Assembly (NCBI RefSeq): GCF_006345805.1 | Contig: NC_043004.1 | Coordinates: forward strand, 15,748,001 to 15,812,000 | DNA from: Octopus sinensis | Taxonomy: Eukaryota | Length of the DNA stretch: 64,000 nt | Direction of reading: 5' to 3' | Shown: positions 1 to 14,633 of the stretch, one piece after another | How the letters are laid out: the number at the start of each line of letters is the position of its first letter | Numbering within the stretch: the first letter of the stretch is position 1 | The notes under the pieces: generated by a model | Told to the model about the DNA's origin: nothing | Database searches by the model: none | The model's input: only the letters and a program-made list of their open reading frames with translations | Position numbers and translations under genes: made by a program

Positions 1-3000
1 TTTGACATATATGTGTGATCCTATCCAATGCATTTCTGAAATTAATCCACGCCAGCGAAGAAACTTTGTAGCCCACGATTTCTCATAAAGCGCGGCTCAA
101 CCGGCACTCCAATTTATTGATGTCGATTACTATTCGTTCCATAGTTTTATTATCATGGGCTGATATAATATCATAAGTAGCCAGGTAGTTTTATGAGGAT
201 CATGTTTAATCTGAAGAGAACAGTCTTTCTATTAATTTGAGTTTGCAATGTGTATAAAATCCATAAACTGAAAGTACAATCAAAATATATTACTATGAGA
301 GAAAAAACATTTTGATTTACAATATATATTTTAGAATATCGTATTTTTGTTTTACGATATCTGTTTAGTTGTTAATAAGCGTTTAATAATTTCACTTCAG
401 GATAATTCATTTAAAACTACTCTTGTGAGAAAACATTCAGTGGTGACATTGCATTTCTCATTGCCGCAATTTCAAAGAAATTGATCCGAATGTTTACAGC
501 AAACTGAGAAAAAAGATTTGTTTAAATTCCGAATGCGATTTTGTACTTGTAGTACATTATATTTATCATTTATTATTTATAATGATAATTTGTTTACACG
601 GCTTTTGACATCATACTTAAAAGAGCCATAGAAGCAGCAGTCACGTTTTAAAACCGAGGATGGAAAGAAGAACGAAGCTAATATCCTCAAACACTGAAGC
701 ATAGCAGCAGAGTGAACATCTCTACAATCAACTCCAGGTTTGCTGGAAATGATAAACTGTGTGAAATCTGATACTTGGTAAATACACTGTATATAATAAT
801 ATCGTTAAATATACGACATAATATATATTAAATACAAATATATAATTGAAAATGAACTCTTCTAAACAACAAAGTAATATGATATATTTACATGGCGATT
901 TCCTGGAAATGTTGACTGAAGGTAGACATCACATGATAGAGATACAACGAATACATTTTCTCCTACTTTTGCATTGGGGGAAAACTATTTCATTTCGAGT
1001 ACCGACTTCACACATAAGTCTAAATTGATAACAGTAGCATCTAAACTCAGACGGTAAAGATTTATTAAAAATAACACACAAACTATCTCACAGTAGGTGG
1101 AACTTCTGTTCCCAACAATAGATTGTTTTCTCAATATTTTACACTCCTTAATGTAACTACTTTTCCTCCTCGTCCTACAAAAATTTGCGATAGAACTCAA
1201 TGAAATCAGGCCATATCGTGATATTGAAGCATAAACAAATAACTTTGCACGACTGAAACGCGTTCATAATGCTTATGGTTGGTCGAGGGTTGCCTTGCAT
1301 AAATAGCTCTGAAAAAAAACAGTCAGAAACATTATTATAGGAAACATATGATAGAAAGTGTTATGTGCTTTTATGAGAGAGTGGTCAATGCATATCCTGT
1401 TCAAATTTAATCAGTGTTAAAATGAGTAAGCAGTGGAAATTATATTCATATCATTCCCAGTTCATTTATTGGATATAATTAACATTTCTCATTTAAAATC
1501 TCTTATTATTCTGTCCTCAAATCTCCACTCTCGATCCTGTGAGGCTATCTTGTCTAGGCTATAAATGTGTGATGCCAGTTAAAACTCCCAACAGGTTTTA
1601 ATGATGCGAAGGTTTTATTCATTTTATGATGGCAAAGTTCCAAAGGAAAGTTCTGATATTGGAAACGAAAGTTGAACAGAACATTACAAAAACAGGTAAC
1701 TTTGATTAGCTGATTATTATGGCAAATTAGATCAAAGTAATTGTGGAGTCTAGGAGAGAAGTTATTACACACCACAATGTCTTCAAAGCAAAGAGTCAAT
1801 TGTTTTGTCAATTACACAATGAACCATTGGCTCTCTTTATAATACTCTGGATTGTCAATATTCAAGAATCCTAAATTTATAGAATTGTATTATCTACCAT
1901 TATATAGTTTGCTGACACAGATGGTAATGATTATAAATATTTTATTTACAAACTTATAGAATGAAGAGCTTTCCATTCGCCAAAGCGTCTGATACGAATG
2001 ATGAAAATTCAAAATGTTACTTTAGTATAAATAGGCAAATCAGTTATTATTGCATCAAACGGATCACTAAACAATTTTACATGCTATTATGCATACTTTC
2101 ATATTTTTATTATGGATATGTACGCTTTTACATTTTAACGAGGCTTCAGGAAACAGTTATAATGAAAAGAGGAACTACTCTACTAAGGTACAATAGGTAC
2201 CTGATCCTTTTAATGTAAATTTTATAAGAGGGCTCGGTATAAATAGAGTAAAATTAATTGGATGCCACATATATAAAAGATACTGTGACAAAGAAAAAAT
2301 TGAAAAATAATCTAGCAAACACCTGATGAATACAAAATGCCGAGTGAAATATATCCTACACCATGTGAAATAAAAGGAATCATCACTGAAATGAACAATT
2401 ATTTATTTGATTCAGGAAATTTGCTACACAAGTTATATTAAAGTTTCCATTGCCATCAACTTACAAATTATTGTAATATTGATACATTGGCTTGCCCAAG
2501 TATATCAGGCAAAAGGTGACTGTAAATTATCTTGCCAAATTATGCTCGCTCGTATAATCTATTACGGTACTGATTTTCCTGAGTAATGAAAAAGCGATAC
2601 AGAATACGAAGACAGTTTTAACGTTGCAACGCAAGCGGCAGAATTAAAATATTCTTGAGACAATTTCAAAAGTAAAATCAGTTTGTGAGTTCGATACCTG
2701 ATGCGAAGTATACAACACTTAAACAATCAATGTATCTGCTTTGCAAAAACATTTGTTAGGAGGTATCTGAAAACACTAGGTGAAACAAATTCCAGAAAGA
2801 ATAGTTCCTTTTAGAAAAGAAATATGTGATTAGAGACTGAGATGTTTCCCTCTGGTGGTTTTGTAGAAACATCGATATACTCTCGTGTCCAAATGATTAT
2901 TAAAATGTTTATATTAAACGTCCATAGTTATTATGAATTTGTAATATTTTCTTACTTGATCAAAAGTTTGGTGCATAGATCTGAAAATTAGAATTCAACA

Positions 3001-3389
3001 ATTGGATCACTTAGGTAAGTATATCTATCTCTCCATTGTATATATTTGAATCGAATTTTCCTTGGTCATAATTTGAAGTTTTAAAAAAAAATGCTCCAAA
3101 TTCTGGCCACAACTGTAGTTTGTGAGACTTACCTGTATGAACGGGCATACTCTGAGTTTGCCCTGCAGGTTGAATACCACACATGGGAGAGATGTTTTCT
3201 TTTGCTATTCCGAGAAAGCTTGTACGTGTGGGAGTTCTTCAATTGGTTTTCCTATGCTTCACCCTTGGGGGATCTTGATTCATACATTTTTATTCATTTA
3301 ATTTTTTTCACTGTTTATTCTATTTTATAATCGATTCTATGAGAACCACAATATTTGGTAACGTTTTATTTAAACTATTCTTATTCTTT

Positions 3390-3610
3390 AAGGTGGTGAG
3401 TTGGGAGAATCGTTAGCATGGCGAGCGAAATACAATAGCATTATTTCGACCGTCTTTACCCTCTCAGTTCAATTTCCTTCGGGGTTGACTTTGGCTTTCA
3501 TCTTTCCTCGGTTGATAAAATAGTACCAGTTAGGTATCCCGATAAATTTAGTCGAGTTGCCCCCGGACCAAAAACAAAAGCTAGCCTTGTGGCAAGATTT
3601 GAAACCAATA
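3390..3610 (+). mobile_element. SINE family A (tRNA-type head), diverged copy
   Basis: Similar by eye to 27828-28043 (aggtggtgagttgggagaatcgttagc...agttcaatttcc...gataaaatagtaccag); further copies at 9850, 29905, 33355 and 48065. Confidence 0.75.
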
Positions 3611-4046
3611 TTCACATTGATCATTCCACTTGTAGAAAATATAAGAAATGTTTACTATTATTACTGCTAACAAAATCTAAATCAGCATCATAAACAATCT
3701 TCAAAGAAAAATTATGATATATTTAAATTAGATGAACCATGAGCTTCATGCTCAAACATCTTCTAAATATTGTTCTCTTTACATTATTCCATTTTTAGTG
3801 TTGATGTCAAATATATTTAATTTGTACGTCTGTTTGATCCGAAATAATCGCATGAAAATAATATTGAGATCCAACTGATTTTAATCATAACATTGGCTTC
3901 CGTCCTTCAGCTCTTTGTTGGACTCCAGCAATGATTTGAATTACATAACGAAATTGGAAGGGGTAAGTTTCCTAGGACCAGGTTTGAAAGTTAGGAAAGA
4001 TTACACACATCTGTTTATCTAATGTTGACGATTATATTTCCTCTTA

Positions 4047-4111
4047 TTTGCGTATAAACAGATCAGAATAAACACACGCGTCTGTTTGTTCTGTTCTGTT
4101 TATACGCAAAT
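4047..4111. repeat. ~65-bp imperfect palindrome
   Basis: atttgcgtataaacagatcagaataaaca...tgtttgttctgttctgtttatacgcaaat, centred on acgcgt. Confidence 0.8.
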
Positions 4112-4634
4112 CGAATAATTGCCCATTTTATGACATCTTCCTAAAAGAAAGTCACATCCGATCGATGTATAGTTCCTAATCTTTGATTCTGACTGCTTAG
4201 AAAATACACATCACATCTCTAGTGTATTAACGGCACCATTGTGTTAAAATGGATTTCTATTTATTAGCTAGCCAATGTAATTTCATCTACCCACTGTAGT
4301 ATTTCTTTAGATACTAGAGAATACGTCTCAAGATTAAACTATTTTATCTATAAGTATCTGTTGGTAACTTTCATGATGTCAACACAATTTCACACAAATA
4401 ACTTAGAGAAAATAATTACTTTTTCGCAGCTTTGATCAGAACATTAAAATGAACAACTCAGATCTATTAGCTATTGTGGTTGGTTTTATTAAAGAACACC
4501 TTACTTAAGAAGATACAGCTTTCTATTTCATAACATCGTATTAAAACTGGGAGCGGAAACGTTTACTATATATGCATGTATGTATATAGCTGCATATATG
4601 TTTTCTCTGGACGTATGTATGTGTCGCTGCAATT

Positions 4635-4637
<3 letters not shown>

Positions 4638-4671
<34 letters not shown>

Positions 4672-4705
4672 CACATACACGCGCACACACATAGACACAC
4701 ACACG

Positions 4706-4767
<62 letters not shown>

Positions 4768-4775
4768 ATACATTC
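4638..4775. repeat. Compound (TA)n/(CA)n microsatellite
   Basis: Seen directly; one example of dozens across the window that produce the YIYI/THTH ORFs. Confidence 0.95.
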
Positions 4776-5329
4776 ATATATAGATTTATGTACATGTTTC
4801 TGACGACAGAGAGAGAGAGAGATAAGGAGGGAGGAACGAATGTACTCCATTCACATTAAAGGGTATGATCGTTTCCCACGGTGATGTAGGCTATGATAAC
4901 ATTGGACAAATATGTATTCTATATTAACAGATCACATTAGTTCAACATTCCATAACTTTATTAAAGTTTATAACATGACAAAATAGTTTCTCATGTAAAT
5001 GTGACAAGATTACTAATAGACAATTACTTGCAATTCCAATTTATGCATCTATCACGTAGCTGTGTTAAATTTTTAAAAATACTATTCTCCGACATATATA
5101 TCGTTTACGGCTGGAAATTATATCAAATAGTGTTTATTCAAATAAGAATATTAATCATTCATTCTACGATTTCATGATTAGACCACTAGGGAGCGAATTA
5201 CCCAGTTTCATCAAAGACAGAAAACAAATAATGAATACATGTATATTTGTTGATAAATATTGACTTGCACACATGCCTACATATAGATATGTATGAATCT
5301 ATGTATGTATGTACGTATACATACGTAGT

Positions 5330-8300
5330 TATGTCAGGTCACCTTCGAGTGCTACTGGTAACATGTAACCCAGTACAACCTGTTGCATGGTCGGGTCGTC
5401 GGCATAGAATTTCCGGGGAGGTGTCCGGCGTGCTGAAAGACCATGGGAGTGAGGCGCCCCTCAGCTTTTGTTAAAGCACGTCTCTAGGAGAAGGTCACTC
5501 TGATATAAAACCAGATATGCAGGGAATGGCATTGAACATTTTGGGGATCCTTGGTTTGTGCTAGAGATCACGGCGCTCCCACATCCCTGAGCCTGCGACT
5601 CATATTGGCACCAGACATCTTGCTCCGGCTTGTCTCTGGATAATGTCAATAGAGTGGAGAGGATCTATGAGGTGTTGTGCAAGCCTTATTGGACCTAAAA
5701 CTCTGCACAGGCATTGCCGACCTTGTTTTGTTTTTTTATATATATATATCTATCTTATTTTTAGTATATATTTTCTTCATTTTAAGTATATATATATTTT
5801 TTTGTTTTATTCGGAAGTCCTGCGGCGATGGGAAGGTGGTGAAGCATGCAGATCTGACGGGTTGGAAGCATGTAGTCAGCGACTGCACGTTGGCGGCCCA
5901 TGCTAGATATAAAGTCGTCTCCTTATCGCCCAAAACAGCGGTAGGATTCGTTTGCTGCATGGGTGTCTGAGCGGCTCCATTTGGAGAGGGCACTGCTTAC
6001 CTGGAGACCGGGAAGGTTCTAGAAAAGGTGAACCAAAAATTGCCTGTCTTTCCATATCTGGTCAGTTTAGCGCGACTGACAGATGTCCAACCTGCGCTCG
6101 AAAAACAAAGAGTCTTTTATCTATAGAATCTGGACGAAACTTAAACATTTCATGTTGGAATGTGCGTACTCTGTTGGACAACAAGAGTGGTTGCAGGCCT
6201 GAAAGATGCACTGCACTTGTTGCTCGTGAGCTGAACCGTTATAAAATTGATATAGCTGCACTCTCAGAGATTCGTATAGAAGGTGATGGTCAGCTTGAGT
6301 AAGTAGGAGGCGGATACGCCTTTTTTTGGAAAGGAAGGCAGAAGGAGGAGCGTAGAGAGGCTGGTGTTTGTTTTGCAGTCCGATCTGATATCCTGAAGAA
6401 GTTGTAAGAGCTCCCTGTTCTTATAAATGAACGTATAATAACCCTACGGTTGCACTTGAAAGGTAAGCGGTTTGCTACTCTAATAAGTGCCTATGCACCT
6501 ACTTTGACTAGCTGTGATGAAGATAAAATAATCTTTTATACCCAGCTGAGAGCCATACTTAGAAAAATCCCCAATTCTGATAAAGTCATTCTACTGGGGG
6601 ATTTTAATGCCAGAGTAGGAACAGACTGGCAAACATGGAACTCTCTAGGACGTTTTGGAGTAGGGAAAATGAATAGCAATGGTCTCATGCTAATGGAACT
6701 TTGCGAAGAACATGGACTTTACATTGCAAGTACTCATTTTGTGCACAAAGGTGATCACACAACATCATGCATGCATCCAAGGTCCAAAGTTTGGCACTTG
6801 CTAGATTACGTCATCATCCGCAAGCGCGACATTTACGACATTTGTAATGTTAAGTCCTTGCATGGATCAGAATGCTGGACAGACCACAGTCTGGCGCGAA
6901 CAAAGTTCCGAATGGTGATTAGGGAGAAAGAGAGAAGAGGACCAGTCAGCATTCCTCGCCGTCTAAATGTCCACAAGGTATATGACGTTGTGGTTAGGAA
7001 AGAGCTTCAGACTCGCTTGTCCAGCATTGAAACTGCTGCAGGATGGGAAGATTTTCGAGACCAGGTTGTTCAATGTGCAGCCGAAACACTGGGGTATGTT
7101 ACTGCCAGACACAGAGACTGGTTTTATGAGAATGATGGTGAAATTCAACGACTATTTGTGGTGAAGCGCCATGCCCACAGTGTGTTGCTGCACAGAGAAT
7201 TGTCTACTGTGCAGCGAAGTCTAGCACTTGTCCACTATAACAGTGTAAAATCACTACTGCAGCGATCTCTCAGGAACATGCAGAACACTTGGTAGGAGGA
7301 TCTTGCTCGTGATGTTCAGGCTGCTGCAGATGCAAATGACAGCAAGAAGCTTTACCATCTTATGAAGCGAGCTTATGGACCTAAGAGCTCCACATCAGCT
7401 CCTTTGCTTTCCAAGAAGTCTTCCACTATGTTTACTAAATCAACAGAAATCACAAGTCGCTGGATCGAACACTTCTCTGAACTCCTAAACCATGAGTCAG
7501 TTGTGGATGAAACAGTGATTGATACTATGAAACGAAGACCTATCATTGACTCCTTAGACTCCTCGCCATCAATACATGAAGTAATGACATCAATAAGTAA
7601 ATTGAATCATGGTAGGGCACCTGGAAAGGATGTAATTTGTGCTGAGGTCTTGCGATTTGGTGGTAATTGCATCACACAGTCCCTTCATGAACTTATTAGT
7701 GCAGTCTGGAGGGATGGTGCAATCCCTAAGGACTGGAAGGATGCAATTATTCTTCCTCTGTATAAAGAAAAAGGAGCCAGAACAATGTGTGGTAACTACA
7801 GAGGTATTGCTCTACTATCAGCTGCTGGCAAGGTTCTGGCAAATATTCTTCTTACCCGTCTGAATGGGTGTCTCGTAAATGATGTCCTATCTGAATCTCA
7901 ATGTGGCTTCCGATCTGGTAGAGGGACAATGGATATGATTTTCACAGCAAGACAGATGCAGGAGGAGTGCTATGAGCGGGAATATGGGTCTTGTCCAGGC
8001 ATTCATTGATTTAACTAAGGCCTTTGATACTGTAAAGAGGGCCTTTCTATGGAAAATACTTGGCAAACGTGGATGTCCGGATCACTTTGTATCAATAATT
8101 AAATCATTTCATGATGGGATGAAGGCTTGGGTCAATGTTGGTGGTGCCATGGCAGGACCCATTCCTGTAGAGAATGGTGTTAAGCAGGGTGACATCCTTG
8201 CCCCGACTCTCTTTTCTTTGTACTTTGCTGCTACTTTTACTCATGCTTTTGCTAAGGTGAGCTCTCTGGGAATATATGTCAGATATCGATCTTCTGGCTG

Positions 8301-9359
8301 CCTTTTTAATCTTCGCCGATTTGCTGCCAATTCAAAGGTTTCCCAGTCTATTGTTCGTGACCTCCTTTATGCAGATGACATGCAAATACTCATGAATTGC
8401 ATTTCTGCTTCTTACAGGCCATTTGGACTCAGCATTAGCCTGGACAAGACTGTTGTAATGTTCCAGCCTACACCAGGAAATCCATATATAGAACCAGCTA
8501 TCTTGGTTGGATAAACGATTCTGAAGGTAGTAGACAGGTTTGTCTACCTGGGCAGCACACTCAGCCGTTCTTGCTCCCTGAATGGGGAAATATCTTTCAG
8601 GTTGCAGAGAGCAACTAATTCCTTCCAGTCTCTTCAGTCTCGTGTCTGGTCCCAACATGGCATCGCAAGGAGAACAAAATTGCTGTGTACCGTGCTTGTG
8701 TACTGACATCGCTTCTCTACTCATGTGAGACATGTACTCTGTACAAACGTCAGGTCAGGGTCCTTGAACGTTTTCATCAGAGATGTCTCAGACACGTTCT
8801 CAATGTTGGCTGGACCTCAAAAATTCCAGACACACAGATCCTGAGGACAGCTGATATCTTGAGTATTGAGGCGATGGTACACAAGCACCGGTTACGTTGG
8901 ACTGGACACCTTATTAGAATGGAGGATAGATAGAAGGATTCCGAAGCAGATGCTCTATGGAGAACTTGTGAATGGAAGGAGACTCCGGCAGAAACCAAGG
9001 CTGCGATTTAAGGACTGTGTCATGTCCTCGTTAAACGCGTTTGATATGCAGGACACTGACTGGGAGAACAATGCCTGTCATCGCCACAGATGTAGGAAGC
9101 AGGTTAAGGAGGGGATCGACACTTTCGAGAGAGCACGTATCCAGCATGAACTTAAACGAGCTGCGCACGGCTCGTATAGTGAATGGGGAAAGCTTGGTCT
9201 GCAATGTTTGCAGTCGTGTATGCTTGTCAAGAGCAGGGCTCATTAGCCACCAACGGAGCCGCAAACGTAAAATATAAATTAGTCCTAGAGCGCACAATGT
9301 TCCTGAAGGTCGGCAATGGTTTTCTTCGGTCACGAGTGGACGGCCATCATCATCATCAT
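5330..9359 (+). mobile_element. RTE-clade non-LTR retrotransposon, near full length, inactivated
   Basis: Abrupt GC rise at ~5330. APE endonuclease motifs WNVRTL, IDIAALSE, SAYAPT, LGDFNARVG, LLDYV and TDH. RT motifs NYRGIALL, QCGFRSGRGT, FIDLTKAFD, GVKQGDILAPTLF and LYADD. RTE-type C-terminus LRWTGHLIRM and PKQMLYGEL. 3' (CAT)n tail at ~9346-9359. Confidence 0.93.
6138..9277 (+). pseudogene. RTE APE endonuclease-reverse transcriptase ORF, disrupted
   Basis: Pieced together from ORFs 5952-6302, 6450-7295, 7362-8009, 7972-8514, 8685-8933 and 9041-9277. Several in-frame stops and frameshifts. C-terminal [17 protein letters not shown] zinc-finger-like motif. Confidence 0.92.
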
Positions 9360-9376
9360 GTACGCATATAATTATG

Positions 9377-9463
<87 letters not shown>

Positions 9464-9782
9464 ATATACATATGTTTATATACATATATTTATATATATA
9501 TTTATATATATTTATATATATAATTTAAAATTTAATAAGGGTAGAAATTTATATTAATCAATTAAAACAAGTGGCCAAGCATATTAAAAAAATCCGAAGA
9601 TTAAAATATTTTTACATACAAAATTTAAAGGACTGACCACTAAAAGTGGACGGTCAACATGCTAGATATAGACGTCAAATCGCTATTTTCCACAAAGAAT
9701 ATGTTCTCAAATAAAAACTCAGCACAAAACCAAAGCATTAAAATAATCAAGACAAATGAAAATATACGAAATAAAAATGATT

Positions 9783-9850
9783 ACCCATATACTGATCAGT
9801 TTCGATTGTTAATATCCGCAAGGATAAACTGCAATCTCGTCAGCATGAAT
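9783..9850 (-). ncRNA. Type I hammerhead ribozyme motif with extended stem II
   Basis: Minus strand: ATTCATG CTGACGA GATTG..TATCC-TTGC-GGATA..CAATC GAAA CTGATCAG TA TATGGGT. Intact core, palindromic stem III, stem I with G-U pairs. Confidence 0.75.
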
Positions 9851-9992
9851 TCAAATTCCACCGAGCCTGACTTTGCATTTCATCTTTTCTGTGTCGATAA
9901 AATAAGTACCATTACAGCGCTGTGGTCGATGTAATCGAATTACTTCCCCACCCCGCGAAATTGCTTGCTTTGTGCCAAAATTTGAAACAAAT
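9850..9992 (+). mobile_element. SINE family A, 5'-truncated
   Basis: ttcaaattccaccgag...ctttgcatttcatc...gtcgataaaataagtacc matches 27905-28030. Confidence 0.7.
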
Positions 9993-12692
9993 GTCATAAA
10001 TGTAATTTATACAAATTAACGATAAAACGCTTCAAGAGTACTCTTTAATTAATACACAGAAACATTGATATACCCCACCATTTTTGCTATAGAATTTCTG
10101 ACACAGACAATAATGATGGGCATAAAAGCAATATAATTATATATAGTTAAATTCGAGGAGAAATCCAAATACTAAAGTTATAAACCTAAAATTCTTTCTT
10201 AGATTTTTTTTCTGTAGCGTTGAAATAGAATTTCTTTACATAAATATATGCCATAGTTTAATGTAGCAAGATAAAATATATCTGATAACATATTTGACAT
10301 GTTAAAAGATTACAAAGTATCCCTACATTTTTTCTTCTTCTCTAAGACATTCTGTGCGTTCATACTTAGAGGATAATCCAAAAGTGATAGATAAAGAGTT
10401 TACAATTTACAGTTGACTCTCTTACAAACGACTGGGCATAAAACAGCTAAGAGAAACAACTGCCAACACGTTAAAAGAATTTCAAATAGAAGAAAGCCAA
10501 TTTATTATTCGCTTAGAATCGTTCTCAGTTATTATGTTACAGATTATCATTCCATTGTGACGGACATATTGGATAGCCATCTTAAGAATAATCATGACAT
10601 CTATTTTCTAAGCCCATTTGTGGAGACCAATAGCTATTTAATATTCTGGCATGAAATAAATCTACAGGAATCATCCGACAATGGAAGCAAGTTGCAAAAA
10701 TAATAAGAATCACTACAGTCATGAGTTGCATGATTTTTATTCTTACGTCTGAAAAGAGAAAGAAAAAATGAATGTAAGAAATATACTGATACTATTCTTC
10801 AACAGAAAAACATCCTTTTTCACACATTTTGCCTTAAATCCAGTAATTTTCTTTGAGAGTGGTTCAATGTTTGAAGTTATTCAGATCAAGAACCAAATAT
10901 GCAACACCTTTTTGTTGGGTTTCGATATAATTGGAAGACTTTTAGAGATCAGATTATTATATAAACAGACTATAAATTCAGAAACAAATTGATAACTTAT
11001 CTGAATATTTCTGAAATTTATTTTGTTACGGAAATTCTCAATGGAATAAATTAATCCAGCTTAAGTGATTTAATTGATTAGATTGAACTGTGTGCTTGAA
11101 ACTAAAAGCTATCTCAGATAACGCATTTAATTGTGTAATAAGCGTTAAACATTAGATGTTTTAAATATTCTGTTTAATTTTCTCATTGATTTTAAATACA
11201 ATGAAATTAAATTATATAGAAATTTAAGGAAGCAATAAGAGCAAAAGCAACTGATAGTGCATTTAAATTGAATTAGCGTAATATTATTACAAACGTCTAA
11301 GATATAAAGACATATTTGAAAATACTGTTATGTGAATTAGTGCTCATTGCAGTGTACAGCTGTTAAGCTACCGCTCTACTACCCACCCATCATATGTATA
11401 TATACACATCCATACATACATGCGTACATATACAAACATATTTCTCTGTGTGTATGTTTTCATCCGGAACATAACTTCTAATGTTTACAGCTCGAGTCGT
11501 AGCAATTCAGTGACCTCAGTATACAATTCCCTAAGCTAATATTAAAATACAAATTTGCTCATAAGTGGTCATGCTTCCTGCTACGGCTATGCTTTCTATT
11601 ATACATTGTAGTATGGCAGAGTGGATAATTTTCAAATATTCTTAGGTAGAAAGCTACACTCCTAACATGCATATAATCATATAATATAAAGTATTAATAG
11701 AAAATACCTGGAAATGGTAACTTTTGGAAGTAAAGAATTGAAAATGCAGTGAAATCATTTTGCCAGATTTCTTATTTGTTTCAGGTGTTTCGTCGACAAT
11801 TAATAACAAATCTAATTTTAATGTTTTGTTACACATCACACCTCTATATTTCAGGCACTGAAACCTTTGTTCTTCATACTTAAATCAGAAGAACGTAGAA
11901 TAAGTGAATTTGTATAAATCCTTATATTACATCAGGTTTAATATGGATTAATACAAGAATGTACTAGATTCAATCTCAAACGATAGAAGTTAAATGGAAG
12001 ACGACTAAATTGTGGAATAAAAATTCCTACATAAAATAGAAAGAATATTTATACAAGGTTATCCCTTAACCAAACATATAGTCAATTGTTAAATTTTACT
12101 GTTCTATAAATCAAATTTTCTAATACGTAAATCAGAGGTGGTTCAATTTGATGACATAATAAGTATTTAGTTATTAGATATTCTAAGAGATTTATCAAAG
12201 CAGTGCATAGAAATATTTCACAATGTATGCAACGATAATAGTGAGCTGGCTGACATTCATAAAGAACACAGATATTGTCCCTGAACAACGCAGAGATAAT
12301 TAGAAAATTGAACACAGTAAATAATTGAATATAGGAAGTGATAAGTAAGATTTTTTATTATGCTTCTATTTTTATTAAGGTGTTTATTAAGATTTTAATT
12401 AAAATTCTGTGGAAATGCTTCGACCTTTTCGGCGATGCATAAAAATTACTAATAAAAAATTTATAGTATGTTTTCAGAAATGCTTTCAAATATGAGGGAC
12501 AGCATTGGTGTCTTTTGCTGGGCTTGAGTGTATTCCACCGATCACAAAATGTTCTCCAGGAAATACTCATTCCAGTCTAGTAATTTTCCACGGATTACAA
12601 CATTTAATAGTTTTGACGGTAAGACATTGTGGTCGTCTCTACATATATCTATATACGCATGTATGTATATCGATATATCTATGCATAAATAC

Positions 12693-12756
<64 letters not shown>

Positions 12757-12788
12757 GATATGTACGTATTCATTTCTGAATAAATAAA

Positions 12789-12838
<50 letters not shown>

Positions 12839-13830
12839 TATACGTGTTTGTATGTATACTACGTGGAAGATAGTTTTCATGCCAGACATTACAACTGTGT
12901 CTAAGTGCTTCAACCCTGTGTATGCACTTATATTTACTCGATTGCTGACATTTAGCAATGGTTTCTTCTATTGTTTGGATGAACCATTTTCTATCATTAA
13001 CAAAACTGTCGCCACTTCTGACCACACGAGTATACTAGTCAAATATAAATTATATGAATTATTTGCATTACATTGTTTTCCTTAGTGTAAATTAATTATT
13101 GAATTAATGGCCTAACCCTTACTAATATATTCATGTCTTCCATCATCAACATTTACATAAAATGTACGAAAAATGTAATGAACGAATTCATAGATGGCAT
13201 TTTGTGTTGTGTATATTTTGATTCAACTTTGACATTTGGACACGTTTTAATATTGTAAGCTTGAGCTTCCTGTGGAATAGAATCTGTGAAAATAAGTCAG
13301 TGTACACGGTGGAAAGAAAATCGTTTCAGGTACGAAACCATAGTTAATGATTCAAATGTTAATGTCACCTCGTGTAAAGCTGCAGAGCGCTGTATTTTGG
13401 AGGATGTGATACGACAGCAAAATAGAATTCTGTTAAGCTAATTAGATTTCATAGCAAATACATCTTAAACAATGGCAATAGTACAGTATGCCATATAAGT
13501 GTCACAGCTATCTTTACAGACATTTGTCTCAGATGTCATCTAATTATATGAATTCTTTTTAGTACAAATCGAATAAGTGCATATTTATAGCAGAGACTGT
13601 AATTATAAGTTTATGAAATATATCTGGCAATTCATATAACGAATTACAATGGGATAAATAGTTTACAAGCATTGAACTTGTTTCTTAACAGTAGCAAATT
13701 CGTTTATAAAGATCAGAGTGTGACTGAGAATTTGGCATATTCTATGCACTTTCATATAGTGTTAGCAACTTCTATTATTGTTAAGAATCTAAACTTCGCT
13801 TTGCTAGAGATTATTATAAATTCTCAGCCT

Positions 13831-14216
13831 ATTTTGAAGTTGCTCTCTTATAAATATGGATATACTTATGTGTGTGTGTGAATGTGTGCGTTTGCGGGTG
13901 CATGTATGTGAATGTATGCATGAACATATGTGTAAAAGATTTTATTTTATATCATAGAACACATAAATCATATTACACTTGAAGTAAAATATGTGGTTCC
14001 ACTAACCGCATGTGAATCGTTGACGATTTATTTCTTCCGTCTTCCTTTTCTCTTTGACTTTCCTCTGTCTCCTGTTTCTGAAGACGAGGTTTGTTCGAAA
14101 CGTAAAACCACCTTTCTTTCCTTCCATAAGCGTCTGCTAATATTTTGCATGTACCACGCCCTCGCGTTGTTGTATTTTCTTGATTGTTCTTCGTTTTGTT
14201 TTTACTATATATATAT

Positions 14217-14279
<63 letters not shown>

Positions 14280-14383
14280 ACGGTTCCACATACCACTTCA
14301 CGTGTAATAGGATCTATGTATTGTTTTATTTTATATCATAAAATACATAGATACTAATACACTTGAAGTGGTATGTGGGCCTG

Positions 14384-14423
<40 letters not shown>

Positions 14424-14607
14424 CTGTTCCACATACCACCTCAAGGGTAATAGGATCTATGTACTTTATAATATAAAATAAAATCATATACACATATATT
14501 CATGCATACATTCACATGCATACACGCACCCACACTCACATTCACACAGACATACACAAACACACAGACACATGTATATCCATCTATGAGAGAGCAACTT
14601 CAAAATA
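13831..14607. repeat. Nested inverted repeats around TA microsatellites
   Basis: 13831-13996 is the reverse complement of ~14428-14607; an inner hairpin of the same ~60-bp motif lies at 14285-14379. Confidence 0.8.
14074..14108 (+). ncRNA. Minimal PLE-type hammerhead motif
   Basis: GTTT CTGAAGA C GAG-GTTTG-TTC GAAA CG TA AAAC; same family as 16321-16356. Confidence 0.55.
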
Positions 14608-14633
14608 ATAAATATAAAACCTGATACATCACA

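Noticed and set aside
2318-2360. CTGATGA...GAAA hammerhead-like core
   Set aside because: No stem I or stem II pairing.
2940-3020. Possible exon ending at AG/GTAAGT (~3014)
   Set aside because: A single splice-donor-like match with no convincing acceptor, ORF or homology.
12358-12630. Possible third PLE endonuclease remnant (ISWR..CC) on minus
   Set aside because: Too degenerate to support without a profile search.
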